Shown piece by piece: positions 1 to 12,526 of a stretch of 64,000 nt of DNA. The notes beneath the pieces are model-generated. The model was not told where the DNA came from. It was given only the letters and a program-made list of their open reading frames with translations, and made no database searches. The translations under genes and the position numbers were made by a program. Position 1 is the stretch's first letter. The number at the start of each line of letters is the position of its first letter. Source of the stretch: Octopus sinensis (lineage: Eukaryota); assembly GCF_006345805.1 (NCBI RefSeq), contig NC_043018.1, positions 4,960,001-5,024,000 of the forward strand, read 5' to 3'.

Positions 1-675
1 CTTAGATTATATAACTGGAAAGATATCAACAAGTTAATGAGGAACAGGTAGAATTTTCCAGTCCTTGCTTGCAACTGCTGAAGAAAATGGTTGAAGAAGA
101 TGTCAATGACGTCGTATATGCAAAGATATACGCAGTTATAGACACACGCACGCACACGCACACACACACACACACACACCACACACACACCACACATATA
201 TATTTTATTTATTTACAGGACACAATACATGTTTTTTAAGTGCTACTAACAGTTGAGAAATATCTCAAACATATTCATCAGGCACAAACCACATATTATA
301 ACGAACTAAAGGAATTGAATAAGAGAAGAAACGAGAAGAAACTGAGAAGGCAGCGAATAGAAAACGGAGGAAAAAATTAAGAAAACAGAAAACGAAAAAC
401 GGAAAAACGGAAAACGGAAAACGAAACTGAAAAACTGAAATGTAAAAAGATAAGAAGTCAAAAAGTCAAAAAGTCAAAAAGTTATTCTTCTTCGACCTTA
501 GATTATATAACTGGAAAGATATCAACAAGTTAATGAGGAACAGGTAGAATTTTCCAGTCCTTGCTTGCAACTGCTGAAGAAAATGGTTGAAGAAGATGTC
601 AATGACGTCGTATATGCAAAGATATACGCAGTTATAGACACACGCACGCACACGCACACACACACACACACACAC
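1..675. repeat. Identical direct repeat of about 179 bp (1-179 and 497-675)
   Basis: cttagattatataactgg...gacacacgcacgcacacgca(ca)n occurs twice with no mismatch seen by eye. Confidence 0.9.
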
Positions 676-1199
676 ACTCACACTCACACTCACACACACA
701 CACACTCACACACACACACACACTCACACTCACATACAAACACACACACACACGAGAGAACGAATGCATACGAGTTTATGTATATACGTATACATACGCA
801 TATATGAGTGTATGTGTATAGGTCGGATTGCCTGCACATACCTCAGTTTCTCTGAAGCCTTTGGACAACGTATAAAGCCTTCTCTTAGTATTCTTTCTCT
901 CTCTTTTCCCAAGACTCGCCATGCGAAGTTTCCCTCCATCTTTTGGGGGAATTTTCCTTTGAACGTTTTTCATTTGTTTACACCTCTTGCATGTTTATGT
1001 CATTCCCCCGCCACTCTGTCGTCCGGCAATTCTCGACATTTTGTCGTAAAAAGAGGTTGTGTGGAAGACAAGGCTGAAAAGATTTTGGACAGACCCCTTT
1101 CTCTTTGGTCAACCCCTCACCAACGATTTATTTATATTTGCCACCGCGGCAAATATAAATAAATCGTCGTTGTCGTCATCATCATCATTATTATTATTA

Positions 1200-1256
1200 T
1201 TATCATCATCGATTCATTCGACTAAAGTTTCTTCAAGGCAGTGGCACAGCATGGCC

Positions 1257-1341
<85 letters not shown>

Positions 1342-1419
1342 ATCTATATATATATGTATATATGTGTACGTATATTAGTGTACATGTGCGTACATGTGAT
1401 TATATATATTTATAAGGGC

Positions 1420-1517
<98 letters not shown>

Positions 1518-1645
1518 GCATATATATGTATATATATGCATATATATACATATATATATGCATATATATGTATATATATATGTATATATACATATATACA
1601 CGCACATATATACATGTAACCACACACACACATATACATACATAT

Positions 1646-1681
<36 letters not shown>

Positions 1682-1813
1682 GCATATATATGTATATATA
1701 TGCATATATATACATATATATATGCATATATATGTATATATATATATGTATATATACATATATACACGCACATATATACATGTATACACACACACACACA
1801 TATACATACATAT

Positions 1814-1859
<46 letters not shown>

Positions 1860-2243
1860 ACGTCTATACATATGCATACTCGTATCTGAATACATAGAGC
1901 GTGTTTGTTTTACTGTATATTTTTGTTTTGTTTTCTAAATTCAATTGTTTTTTCCTCTTTTCATTTGTCTTTACTTTTTCCCGAACATTACTAATTCCCG
2001 CGGCAACCATGGCGGTCGTCACACATTGCAACACCGTCATAATATGATATATACATCGTCAGCAAATGACAAATATAAATATAACAACAACAACAGCAAC
2101 AACAATAACACCCTATAGCAACTATAACAGCAATGAGGATGGCGATGACTCCAACACACACACACTTATAACACACCATGTATGTATGTATGTATGTTAC
2201 ATATGTATCTATATATATGAGTGTCTATATATGTATAATATAC

Positions 2244-2297
<54 letters not shown>

Positions 2298-2330
2298 ATA
2301 TATATATATATATATAATATATTATACATA
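1200..2330. repeat. Compound (TCTA)n, (TA)n and (TATG/CA)n microsatellite field, representative of dozens in the window
   Basis: Directly visible. Similar fields lie at 4130-4400, 7110-7550, 9195-9700, 32035-32550, 34010-35370, 40540-40880, 41560-42120, 48700-50100 and 56980-57640. Confidence 0.95.
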
Positions 2331-3910
2331 CATATGAGGGGAGAAATAAATATTCGTACATGTCAACATTCTTTATTTAATTTCTAATGAACATAAATGG
2401 ATATACCAATACTATATTTGCATACACATGCATAAACTAAGAATATGCAAAAGAAACTAATAAATTATAGTAACTATGGAATTTAAATACAATTATAAAT
2501 ATTTAGGGGTGAAAAAAGTATTCGTACAGAATAAATTTATGATTTTCTATGCCACAAAATACTGTTAAAATAATATTTTTGTTTACTAGAACTTTTTCAT
2601 TTGTTCCAATAATCTTATCAGTTGTCATTTTTAAGTGTCAAAACGCTAGCTTCTTCATTCAGCACTGAGACAACGTAAAGTAGTTTCGTAATAATGGCGA
2701 AAAGTAAAGAACTCACAAATACAGTGAAAAACTTAATTATTGAACTGTGGAAAGCAGGTAAAAGTTACGGGAAAATATCAGAGACCCTTTGTATTCCATT
2801 TTCTACCATATCTTCATTTATTCAAAGATATAAAAAATCGGGAACTGTTGAAAACAGAATAAGATCCGGTGCACCACGCAAGATTTCCCCTAGATCTTTA
2901 TGAAAAATGAATCTAAGAATCGAAAAAACCCCAAAAAAAAACCGCAATGATCACCAGAAAGGAGTTGCTAGAAAATTTGTTAGCTTCAGGGACTAGTGTT
3001 ACACTACGAACAATCAGCAATGAACTTCATAGGAATAAACTGAAGTCACACTCTCCTAGAAAGACTCCGCTGTTGACTAAAAGGCATAGAGATGCCCGTT
3101 TAAAATTTGTTTGTGAACATAAAGATAAATCTGATACATTCTGGGAAAATGTTCTATAGACAGACGAGTCGAAAATTGAATTGTTTGGACGAAATTCGCG
3201 TAGCCATGTTTGGAGGAAAGATGGTACCGCCTATTCGCCGAAAAACACAATTCCTACCGTAAAGTTTGGAGGTGGCAACATCATGGTGTGGGGGTCTTTC
3301 TCAGAATGCAGAAATATACCAAAATATTTTGAACAATAATTTATGAAACGCTGTAGAAAAGCTCCAGCTTTGTGAAGGGTGGGTTTACAACAGGATAACA
3401 ACCCTAAGCACGCGGCGAAATCTACCAAAAATGGATTGTCGATCACAATATAAAATTATTAGAATGGCCAAGCCAGTCACCTGACTTGAACCCCATTGAA
3501 AATTTGTGGCGTTATTTGAAAATTAAAATTCATTCAAGAGCCCCAACGTGCATTGCAGATTTGAAGAAAATTTGTCAAGAAGAATGGGAAAAAATTCCTA
3601 AAGAAACATGCGAGTCATTGATTAAGAACTACAAGAAGAGATTGGTTGAAGTGGAACTGAATAATGGTTATGCTAAGAAGTATTAAATCAGAATTATCAG
3701 TTAATTATGTTCTGTACGAATACTTTTTTCGCCCCTAAATATTTATAATTCTATATAAATTCCATAGTTACTATAATTTATTAGTTTCTTTTGCATATTC
3801 TTAGTTTATGCAAGTGTATACAAATATAGTATTGGTATATCCCATTTATGTTCATTAGAAATTAAATAAAGAATTTTGACATGTACGAATATTTATTTTT
3901 CCCCACTGTG
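2331..3910 (+). mobile_element. Tc1-family DNA transposon, complete, IR/DR type (about 200-bp TIRs, TA target duplication)
   Basis: 2331-2531 is the reverse complement of 3710-3910. Each TIR carries an outer and an inner direct repeat (aaa(t/a)aa(a/g)tattcgtaca). Flanked by TA at 2329-2330 and 3911-3912 within (TA)n. Confidence 0.92.
2694..3686 (+). pseudogene. Tc1 DD34E transposase, disrupted
   Basis: Contains an HTH start (MAKSKELT...RSGAPRK), VL*TDESKIELFG, KFGGGNIMVWG, QQDNNPKH and WPSQSPDLNPIENLW (D-34-E spacing). Disrupted by in-frame stops, frameshifts and a deletion after VWGSFS. Confidence 0.92.
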
Positions 3911-4133
3911 TATATATATATGCATACATACATGCATACATACACACACACGCACACACACACAGATATAATCAAAATAAGCAACAAGTATATCCACATT
4001 ACCTCGGATATACTTGTTGCTTATTTTGATAATAACCCCCCCCCATTTGATTGATATGGATAACACCATACAAAATTCTGGTGCATCTAACTTAAGTACC
4101 CTATTCATCTGAATCTAAATTTTGCTGAACTTA

Positions 4134-4170
<37 letters not shown>

Positions 4171-4206
4171 ATATATATATAATATATTATATATATGTAT
4201 ATATAT

Positions 4207-4238
<32 letters not shown>

Positions 4239-4246
4239 GCATATGC

Positions 4247-4288
<42 letters not shown>

Positions 4289-4874
4289 TATTATATGTAA
4301 TATATATATATATAATACATATATATATAATATACATATATATATGCATATGCATATATATATATATATGTATAATATATATACATATATATGCATATGC
4401 ACAGCAATAAAGATACGAAGAAAAGTATAAATATAAAGAAAGAATAAATGTGAATAACGGCAACAAAAAACTGACAAAACTGATCAGTTCCAACTGAGGA
4501 CGATTACCACGATTACCACCAACACCATTACTGACATCATCATCATCAACGTGACTACCATCAGTATCAATGATACCACTACCGCTGCCACCACCCACAC
4601 CACCATCGGTATTGTCTTCACCATTATCACCACTATCATCACCTTGATCAACAGGATCACCACTAAGGAAGGACTGACAGGCAACAATGAGTAAGGAAGG
4701 ACAGACGTTCAATGAGTATGGAAGGACATAAGACAATAATGAACAGCGAAGAACGGAAGAAGGAGAGACAACAATAAGTATGGAAAACATAAACCCAGTA
4801 ATTAATAAGGACATACAAGGAATATTCTTTTTGGTGAATCATTTTACATTTAAGAATTTGTTTCTGTCAAAACA

Positions 4875-5076
4875 CTGGTTTCAAATTTTGGCCTGTGGGT
4901 GGGGGCGATTAAGTTGATTACATTGACTCCAGTGTTTAACTGGTACTTATTTTATCGACGCCGATAGGATGAAGGCAGAGTTGACCCTGGCGGCGTTTAA
5001 ACGCAGAACGTAAAGACGGACAAAATGCCGCTAAGCACTTTCCTCGGCGTGCTAACGATTCCCCCATCTCGCCGCC
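4875..5076 (-). mobile_element. tRNA-derived SINE, family A
   Basis: Minus strand has the head ggcggcgag...gaatcgttagcacgcc, a degenerate B box, and the body ...gtcgataaaataagtaccagtt. Confidence 0.8.
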
Positions 5077-5295
5077 ATTTTCTGTCCAAATATTCTGGTG
5101 ACGTCTCAGCTTATATCTTGGCGGATATTAGCGGCTAGGCGGTTAGGGATGGAATTAAGAAGCGAGCATTTTAAACTGGTCATGATGCATACGTGCACAT
5201 ATAAATATATATGTATACGTTCGTATATGTAAGTATTCATATGCTGTATTTATATATATATATATATATATGTATTTATGTTTCTCTCTGCGTAT

Positions 5296-5354
5296 ATTCC
5301 ACTGATGAGGCAAAGCATTTCTAAATGCAAAGCCAGAAATCAGGGATCTGGAAT
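5296..5354 (+). ncRNA. Minimal type I hammerhead ribozyme fold (Penelope pLTR-like, possibly degenerate)
   Basis: attcca-CTGATGA-ggc[aaagcatttctaaatgcaaa]gcc-a-GAAA-tc[agg]ga-TC-tggaat. Stem I attcca/tggaat, stem II ggc/gcc with an inner gcattt/aaatgc helix, minimal stem III, UC cleavage site after 5348. Confidence 0.6.
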
Positions 5355-5514
5355 TATCCAGTAATTTTTTACTAGTTTTATTTTGTCTTTGTGTCTTCTC
5401 TCCTTGTGCTATATGAACACTTAAGGTGGTCTTAGAGTCGGTTGCTGGCTGCTATTTTCAGCATGGCGGTATCTCGTAGATACCCTAAGTTATAATTATA
5501 TATATATATTCTTT

Positions 5515-5735
5515 TATTATTTTACTTGTTTCAGTCATTTGACTGCGGCCATGCTGGAGCACCGCCTTTAGTCGAGCAAATCGACCCCAGGATCATTCTT
5601 TGCAAGCCTAGTACTTATTTTATCGGTCTCTTTTGCCTAACCTCTAAGTTACGGGGACATAAACATACCACCATCGGTTATCAAGCGATGTAGGGGGGGA
5701 CAAACACAGACGCACAAACATATCACACATGCATA
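5515..5735 (-). mobile_element. Family B SINE, 3' half
   Basis: tttacttgtttcagtcatttgactgcggccatgctggagcaccgcc...ctaagttacggggac; reverse complement of 6060-6275. Confidence 0.85.
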
Positions 5736-5778
5736 AATATATATATATATATATACATATAGATGTGTGTGGTTCATA

Positions 5779-6275
<497 letters not shown>

Positions 6276-6600
6276 AAAGAGTTTGAGCATGTTTTTGTAT
6301 ATTTCTATAGGGTTGTGCGCATGAGCGCGGGGAAGTTGTATGTATGTTTGTATAGGTGAGTGTATGTGTGTGTACATATGTGTACGTGTGTCTGTTTATA
6401 GTTGTAGCTCTGTGCTTACGTGTACCTGGGAGTATGCGTGTACATGTGTTTATATTTAAGTGTATGCATATATGCACCTGGTCCTGGGAGAGTGTATATG
6501 TGTTCGCAAGGTTATAGATGTGTATGATTCTAGTTGTTTGTGTGTACAAGAATGATGTATGTGTGTGTGTATTTGTATTTATGTGTATGTTTAAAAAAAA

Positions 6601-6905
6601 CTGGCCCTCCGTCGGTTACGACGATGCGGGTTCTATTTGATCGGATCAACGGAATATTCTGTTCGTGAAATTAACGTGCAAGTGGCTGAGTACTCCAAGA
6701 CATATGTACCCTTAATGTAGTTATCAGGGAGATTCGGCGTAATACAGGCCCTTCGAATTATAGGTACAGCTCATTTTCGCCAGGTGTGAGTGGAGTGGAG
6801 CAACGTGATATAAAGTGTCTTGCTCAAGGACACAACGTTCCTCTAGGTATCGAACTCACGACCGTACGATCGGGAACCGAATGCCCCTAACCACCAAGCC
6901 ACACA
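6601..6905 (-). mobile_element. tRNA-derived SINE, family C (CORE-like central block)
   Basis: Minus strand has a ...tgtgtccttgagcaagacactttatatcacgttgctcc... block resembling the CORE-SINE core. Homologous to 55612-55925. Confidence 0.75.
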
Positions 6906-7141
6906 CCATGTGTGGGTAGAGGCGTGTATAGACTGTTAGTGTTCCACTCCTTTGTAACAGCTGGTGTCTCAGCAGCAACTCTGGTGGAACAAAAATTCTT
7001 ATTCACAATTGAAACTGTTCCAGTAGATTCCTCCTTTAGTTCCGTCCACAAACATTATTTAAGAGGCAAGCTGTTTAATATATAGTATTCTGTGGTACAG
7101 AATAGCCTGTATATAAGTATACATACATACTTACATACATA

Positions 7142-7180
<39 letters not shown>

Positions 7181-7202
7181 GTATATATATATATATAATA
7201 TA

Positions 7203-7271
<69 letters not shown>

Positions 7272-7283
7272 GTATATATATAT

Positions 7284-7316
<33 letters not shown>

Positions 7317-7440
7317 ATATATATATATATATATACATATGTACAAAAATGTATACTTGCACATAAATATAAAGAAAGTATGCACATATATTCAAGCACA
7401 CGTGAATATGTATATGTATAGAAATATAAATGTATGTGAC

Positions 7441-7524
<84 letters not shown>

Positions 7525-7659
7525 CCTACCTGTATGTCTGTCTGTCTGTCTGTCAATCTAACATCGGATCGATGATATTCTGTCACAGTACGAACAGTTG
7601 TATTAGGAACGCCATCCCCATTGATCCTGTAATTGCAGATTCCCTGGAAACTGTCTTCT

Positions 7660-7975
7660 GAATGTGTTCTCGGAAAAAGGAGGCCAATATCAGCGACTTC
7701 GATGGGAAAACAAAACCTTACATCACAATGACTGGAAATGTCTTCAAGGAAAGGTAGACGCAACATTTGATTTCGTTTAGAGATAAAAGACACACTACAA
7801 CTTTGTCTAATATGGTATGGAACCTTAAAGGTGGGTTTGTGAACCTCCCCTCCTCTAAACATATAGGACGTGGCAACCTATGCACTTTCAGTACTATAGA
7901 GAAATTAAATATCATAACTTGAACAGCGAGCATTCTAAACAAACTTTGAAATGTCATGCATAACACTTTGTCAAC
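7660..7975 (+). mobile_element. Penelope-like element remnant (GIY-YIG endonuclease C-terminal part)
   Basis: Translates KTKPYITMTGNVFKER*TQHLISFRDKRHTTTLSNMVWNLK...NLCTFSTIEKLNII, resembling the PLE YIG.T...FKER..H..SF...TTLS..VW.LK pattern. Confidence 0.6.
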
Positions 7976-8161
7976 CTCTCCAATCAATCCAGCCAGAATA
8001 GATGTAATCCCTCCCCCGCGCTCATACACACAATTTACACAATAAGAATAAATATAAACGATTTATTTGATCTTAGTAACTCACTCTTGAATTGAAAGCC
8101 GTGTACATGTACAACACATGTATAAGGCATCATACGATTTGTAATACATATTTTCACTTAA

Positions 8162-8347
8162 GGCGGTGAGCTGCCAGAATCGTTAGCACGCCGGACAAAA
8201 TGCTTGGTGGCATTTCGTCCGTTTTTACGAACTGAGTTCAAATTCTATCGTGGGTGACCTAGCTTATCGTCATTCGGGAGCGATCAAATACGTACCAGTT
8301 GAGTTCTGGGGTCGCTTTAATCGTCTTACCCAACCCTCGAAATTGCT
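8162..8347 (+). mobile_element. tRNA-derived SINE, family A
   Basis: ggcggtgagctgccagaatcgttagcacgccgg...gagttcaaattc (A and B boxes). Confidence 0.85.
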
Positions 8348-8755
8348 AGTCATACGGCAAAATTTGAAACCAATATTTTCGTTTAAAAACTTTGTAAATA
8401 CCATAAAAATGATATTGCACATGCGCATACACCAACAAAAGTGTGTGATGCATGTTATATACGGTCACATAACAAAAGACAAATGCCAATGCAAAGGAAA
8501 TAACAAGTAAAGAAGCTTCCATCTGAGTTACTTCCCCTTATCTGTGTTTCTTCTACTTCACCCTAATTCTCCAAATCCATCATAGAGACATATGACCAGT
8601 ATTCTAACATAGAAACTTGAAAACTTCGAAATTTTGCTTGGAACCATTGGTAGCCTTGCTCATCCACAAATAAAGAAACATATTTATCCTCCACCAAATG
8701 CAGTGTTGAGCATTTATCCATAGTATTCACCATATTATACAAACACATACATACA

Positions 8756-8965
8756 TACAAAGATGCGTGAAAAGTTCTTTGCTTTCGATAGAAGAATATA
8801 CAGCAGGATCAGTTAATTGTGATTTTATTTCACATATTTTCCCCTCTCAGATTCACGCACTTATTGCAGTGGTCCTTCAGTTTTTCTAAGGCCTGTAAAA
8901 GAACTTGGGATGTTGGGCCTTACACGATACTCTTAAAACCAGGCACATTTCAGCACAAACCCGTA
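8756..8965 (-). mobile_element. Mariner-derived MITE
   Basis: Imperfect TIRs of about 30 bp with TA ends. The minus strand retains a mariner C-terminus-like LEKLKDHCNKCVNLRGE. Confidence 0.7.
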
Positions 8966-9194
8966 CGTACATAATATCCGTATTTCGCCAGGATTTTTGA
9001 GTGATGTGACCCTTCAACGCCGATCCAGCATATTTATGATAGAACGTATTCCAAGTGAAAGAACCATTTTGTTCTTTTAGCAGTCCGTCATCCATCGCGA
9101 CTTTCCGTTGCTTAAAAACCGTGACGGAAGAGACGGAATTCTATGATATTTCATAATCTCTGGGAACTTTGGTGGGATGTAGGTGTGAAACATC

Positions 9195-9278
<84 letters not shown>

Positions 9279-9326
9279 GTCCTGTCTGTGTCTATATCTC
9301 TCTCCATCTATGTACGTGTGTGTGTG

Positions 9327-9424
<98 letters not shown>

Positions 9425-12310
9425 TATATATGTATGTATATGTATGTATATATATATATATATACATACATATATATACACATATATATTTACACGTGTA
9501 TATATGTGTATGTGTATAGTTATATGCGTATATGTATATATAAACATATTTATGCATATCTATGTATATGTATATGTATGTATGTATGCATGTATGCATG
9601 TATGTATGTATGTATGTATGTATGTATGTATGTATGTATGTATCTATCTATCTATCTATATATATATATATATGCACGCATGCATACACACAAACACGCA
9701 CACACACATCGGTTGCAGCTTTTTGCTTTCGATGTGTTTTGCTAAGTACACTACTTGAAAGACAGTGAACCTCTTTGATGTCGAACCGTTCACAGTTTCC
9801 AACGGCTCATGCATCAATGGCGGACAGCGACAGCAGAGTTCTATTAATTCAGTTGTGACGAAGATTCCAACAGAACAGAACCTAACACAATAAACAGCTT
9901 CACTCTAATGACAACAAAACCGAACGATCAGCCTGTGACCGCCCCAGCATTTAGTTTTGGAGCACCCGCCTACACGCACTAACACCAGTGCATTGCATCC
10001 GTATCTGCCTCCCACTACAGACCCAATGATCCTTCGGAAAATATGGACGACTCAACATCAAAGTGGTTAAAAGCTTACCAAGTCGTCTATTTAACAAAAT
10101 ATTCATACATGCAAACACACACACATACACACGTGCGAACACGCACTCATACGCACACACATATATTCCCGTGTCTGTGTGTATGCTTGTATATACATTT
10201 ATGCATATCTGCATATGTGTGTGTGTGTATGCGTGCTTGCGTGTGTGTGTGTGTAATTTACTTTTGGCCGCCCTGGTTAAAATTTCTAATAGTTTCAACG
10301 TGTTTATCATGTTTGTCATTGAACCTTTTTGTGACAATTGCGATTATGTGAGAAGCGATCCGCCGATTCGTACCGATCTCTTCACTCTCCCCACATTTAA
10401 TACACGATAGGTGGAGCCACTGCTTTAGCATCACCACCAGACTTTTGGGTTTCTTTAACAGAGTCCAGTCTGTTGCAATGCATCTGGTCAGATTTCTGGT
10501 CGAAGATAGCATCTTCCCTCCCTCTTGTCAGTCTCAGATAAGATTCTGGGTATCATGGGACCTACGCTTTCCACTCCGAATAATTATTATAAAAAAAACG
10601 ATAAGAATCTCTTCTCTTTGTCTATGTCTTTCGATTTTCTGTCCATTGATAATTTCTTCCCGTTTGCTTTCTTCGTAATTTCCTTACGAGTTTTATGTTC
10701 CTTAGACATTCCCAAGGAAAGAATATCAGAGCTCAATCACTTTTCTACGCTATTCAATCATTGCCACAAAACTCCATGAAACTACGTTTGGCAGCACGTT
10801 AGGAACCGCTCTTTACTCACAACAACATAGAGGTAAGAAATGGGTTAAATTCCTCCGATGCATATAGGTCAGGTGAACGCTTGTTTCGTTTCTTCTACAC
10901 ATCAGAACAAAACTCCCATTGACTTTACACTGCTTTCTTTATATGAGCTACTAAACCGCACTCGGCCCATTTCTTATATTTCAGTGTCTGTGGAGGAGAA
11001 AGCTTTTGTACACCACTCAACTTTCGTTTATGCGCCGGTAGATGACCAGTTAACAAGACCGTTTGCTTCCTGGAGGCTCTACCAACTGAAGACCAGAGCC
11101 GGTTTTAAGAGAGAGAGAGAGAGTGACCCGCGCATACGCACGAACAGAGAACGCTCTGATGAATTATTAGTATATCATTGTGGCTAATGGTGGAATTTCA
11201 AACTTTCAGCACTTTTTGGCTAGGACTGGCACACTACACAAAACATAAAGCATCAATTTTCAGCGTTTGTAGAGGGCTCCACTGACAATTCTCTAATTGA
11301 GCTCCGCACTTCCTAGCGCCAACCCTACCCAAAACTCCTTATATAAGGCTTCCCTCTCCTTTTGAATCGTGGTGTTCATTCCAGGTTTAGGTGACAGTAG
11401 CAGAATAGCTAAATTTATTGGTGGTTTTGTTGTTGTTGTTGTTGATAATTTCTTCTTTATTCTTGTTGTTGATGTTCCCGTTATTGTTTTTCTCCATATT
11501 GTTGTTGTTGAACAAGATGATTGTATTACAGTTTCCTCTGACTATACGCTTTTTTGTTGTTGGTCTTATCGGTGTTTACCGGTTTATATTGCATTATTTT
11601 TATTTTTATTTACCTGCTATTGTTTTCACTTTTATTACTATTGTTTGATGCACGCAGGAGGTCTTCACTATGTTTTAAAAACAGCGATTGTAGTAAACGT
11701 TACAGTGACGAGCTCTTTTGACCAAGCCACTGACTTGTATGATAGAGCTGATGTAGTTGATTAGTAGAATTATATTTGATTTTTGTCGAAAAAAATCCGA
11801 TTTAAACCTTTATAGAGACGACTCGTTAACTTCTTGCCACATGAACGGCTATCAGCTTGACAGGATTAGGAATGATTGAAGGAGTTTAGCATAAGAATAA
11901 CAATTATTTATAATATCAATGCAATTGTTTCATTTTTGTTAAAGATATTTCGTTAAACACAAATAAACATTATCATTTATAGCGAGTCAAACATAAAATC
12001 TGCTCTCCTTTTATACTTCCGTAACCCTGAAAAATTCAGTGAATTTTTAATATTAGCTCTCAAATTTCTAGCACGTCGTCACTTTATTGTAACAGTATTT
12101 TGCGAGACAGTTGTTCAACGAATATAATACATTCCACTTTGGAACACTTAAAAATTCCATAAAATCCACGGAAATGTAATATTATCTGGTTTAATCCTCC
12201 CTATATCCTAGGTGAGATGTTTCACTGTTTAATAGAGAATGGATAGATGTGATGTCGTCAAAACATTTTAATGTTTCATAGCAAAGTGAATTGTTAATTA
12301 GTTGCAGATA

Positions 12311-12400
12311 TTTGATTTGATTTTGATTTTTCCAGTTTCAGCTCATGAGCTGTGGCCATGCTGGGGCACCGCCATTTGCTGGAGCACCGCCATTAAGTAA
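12311..12400 (-). mobile_element. SINE/LINE-type 3' tail fused downstream of the 5S copy
   Basis: Minus strand reads ggcggtgctccagcaaatggcggtgccccagcatggccacagctcatgagctgaaactggaaaaatcaaaatcaaatcaaa. The ggcggtgc(t/c)ccagcatggcc tail is shared with SINE copies at 5515-5570, 6230-6275 and 55505-55560. Confidence 0.75.
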
Positions 12401-12405
12401 TTGGA

Positions 12406-12526
12406 ATGCTTACAGCACCTAGGTTTCCCAAGCGGTCACCCATCTAAGTGCTAACTAGGCTCGATGTTGCTTAACTTCGGTGAATCGGACGAGAACCGGT
12501 GCTTTCAACGTGATATGGCCGTAAGC
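12406..12526 (-). rRNA. Full-length 5S rRNA copy (dispersed; probably retroposed, no oligo-T terminator)
   Basis: Reverse complement reads gcttacggccatatcacgttgaaagcaccggttctcgtccgattcaccgaagttaagcaacatcgagcctagttagcacttagatgggtgaccgcttgggaaacctaggtgctgtaagcatt. This follows the metazoan 5S pattern, with box A (agttaagcaac), box C (gatgggtgaccgc) and terminal helix I (gcttac/gtaagc). Confidence 0.9.

Noticed and set aside
260-290. CTGATGA hammerhead core on the minus strand
   Set aside because: No GAAA after the putative stem II and no stem I/III.
843-1075. Minus-strand exon candidate with strong donor gag|gtatgt
   Set aside because: None of the three frames resembles a protein I recognise, and it cannot be linked to COE without RNA data.
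4486-4814. Gly/Asp-rich ORF (SGDPVDQGDDSGD...)
   Set aside because: Explained by degenerate (GAT/GGT)n repeats.
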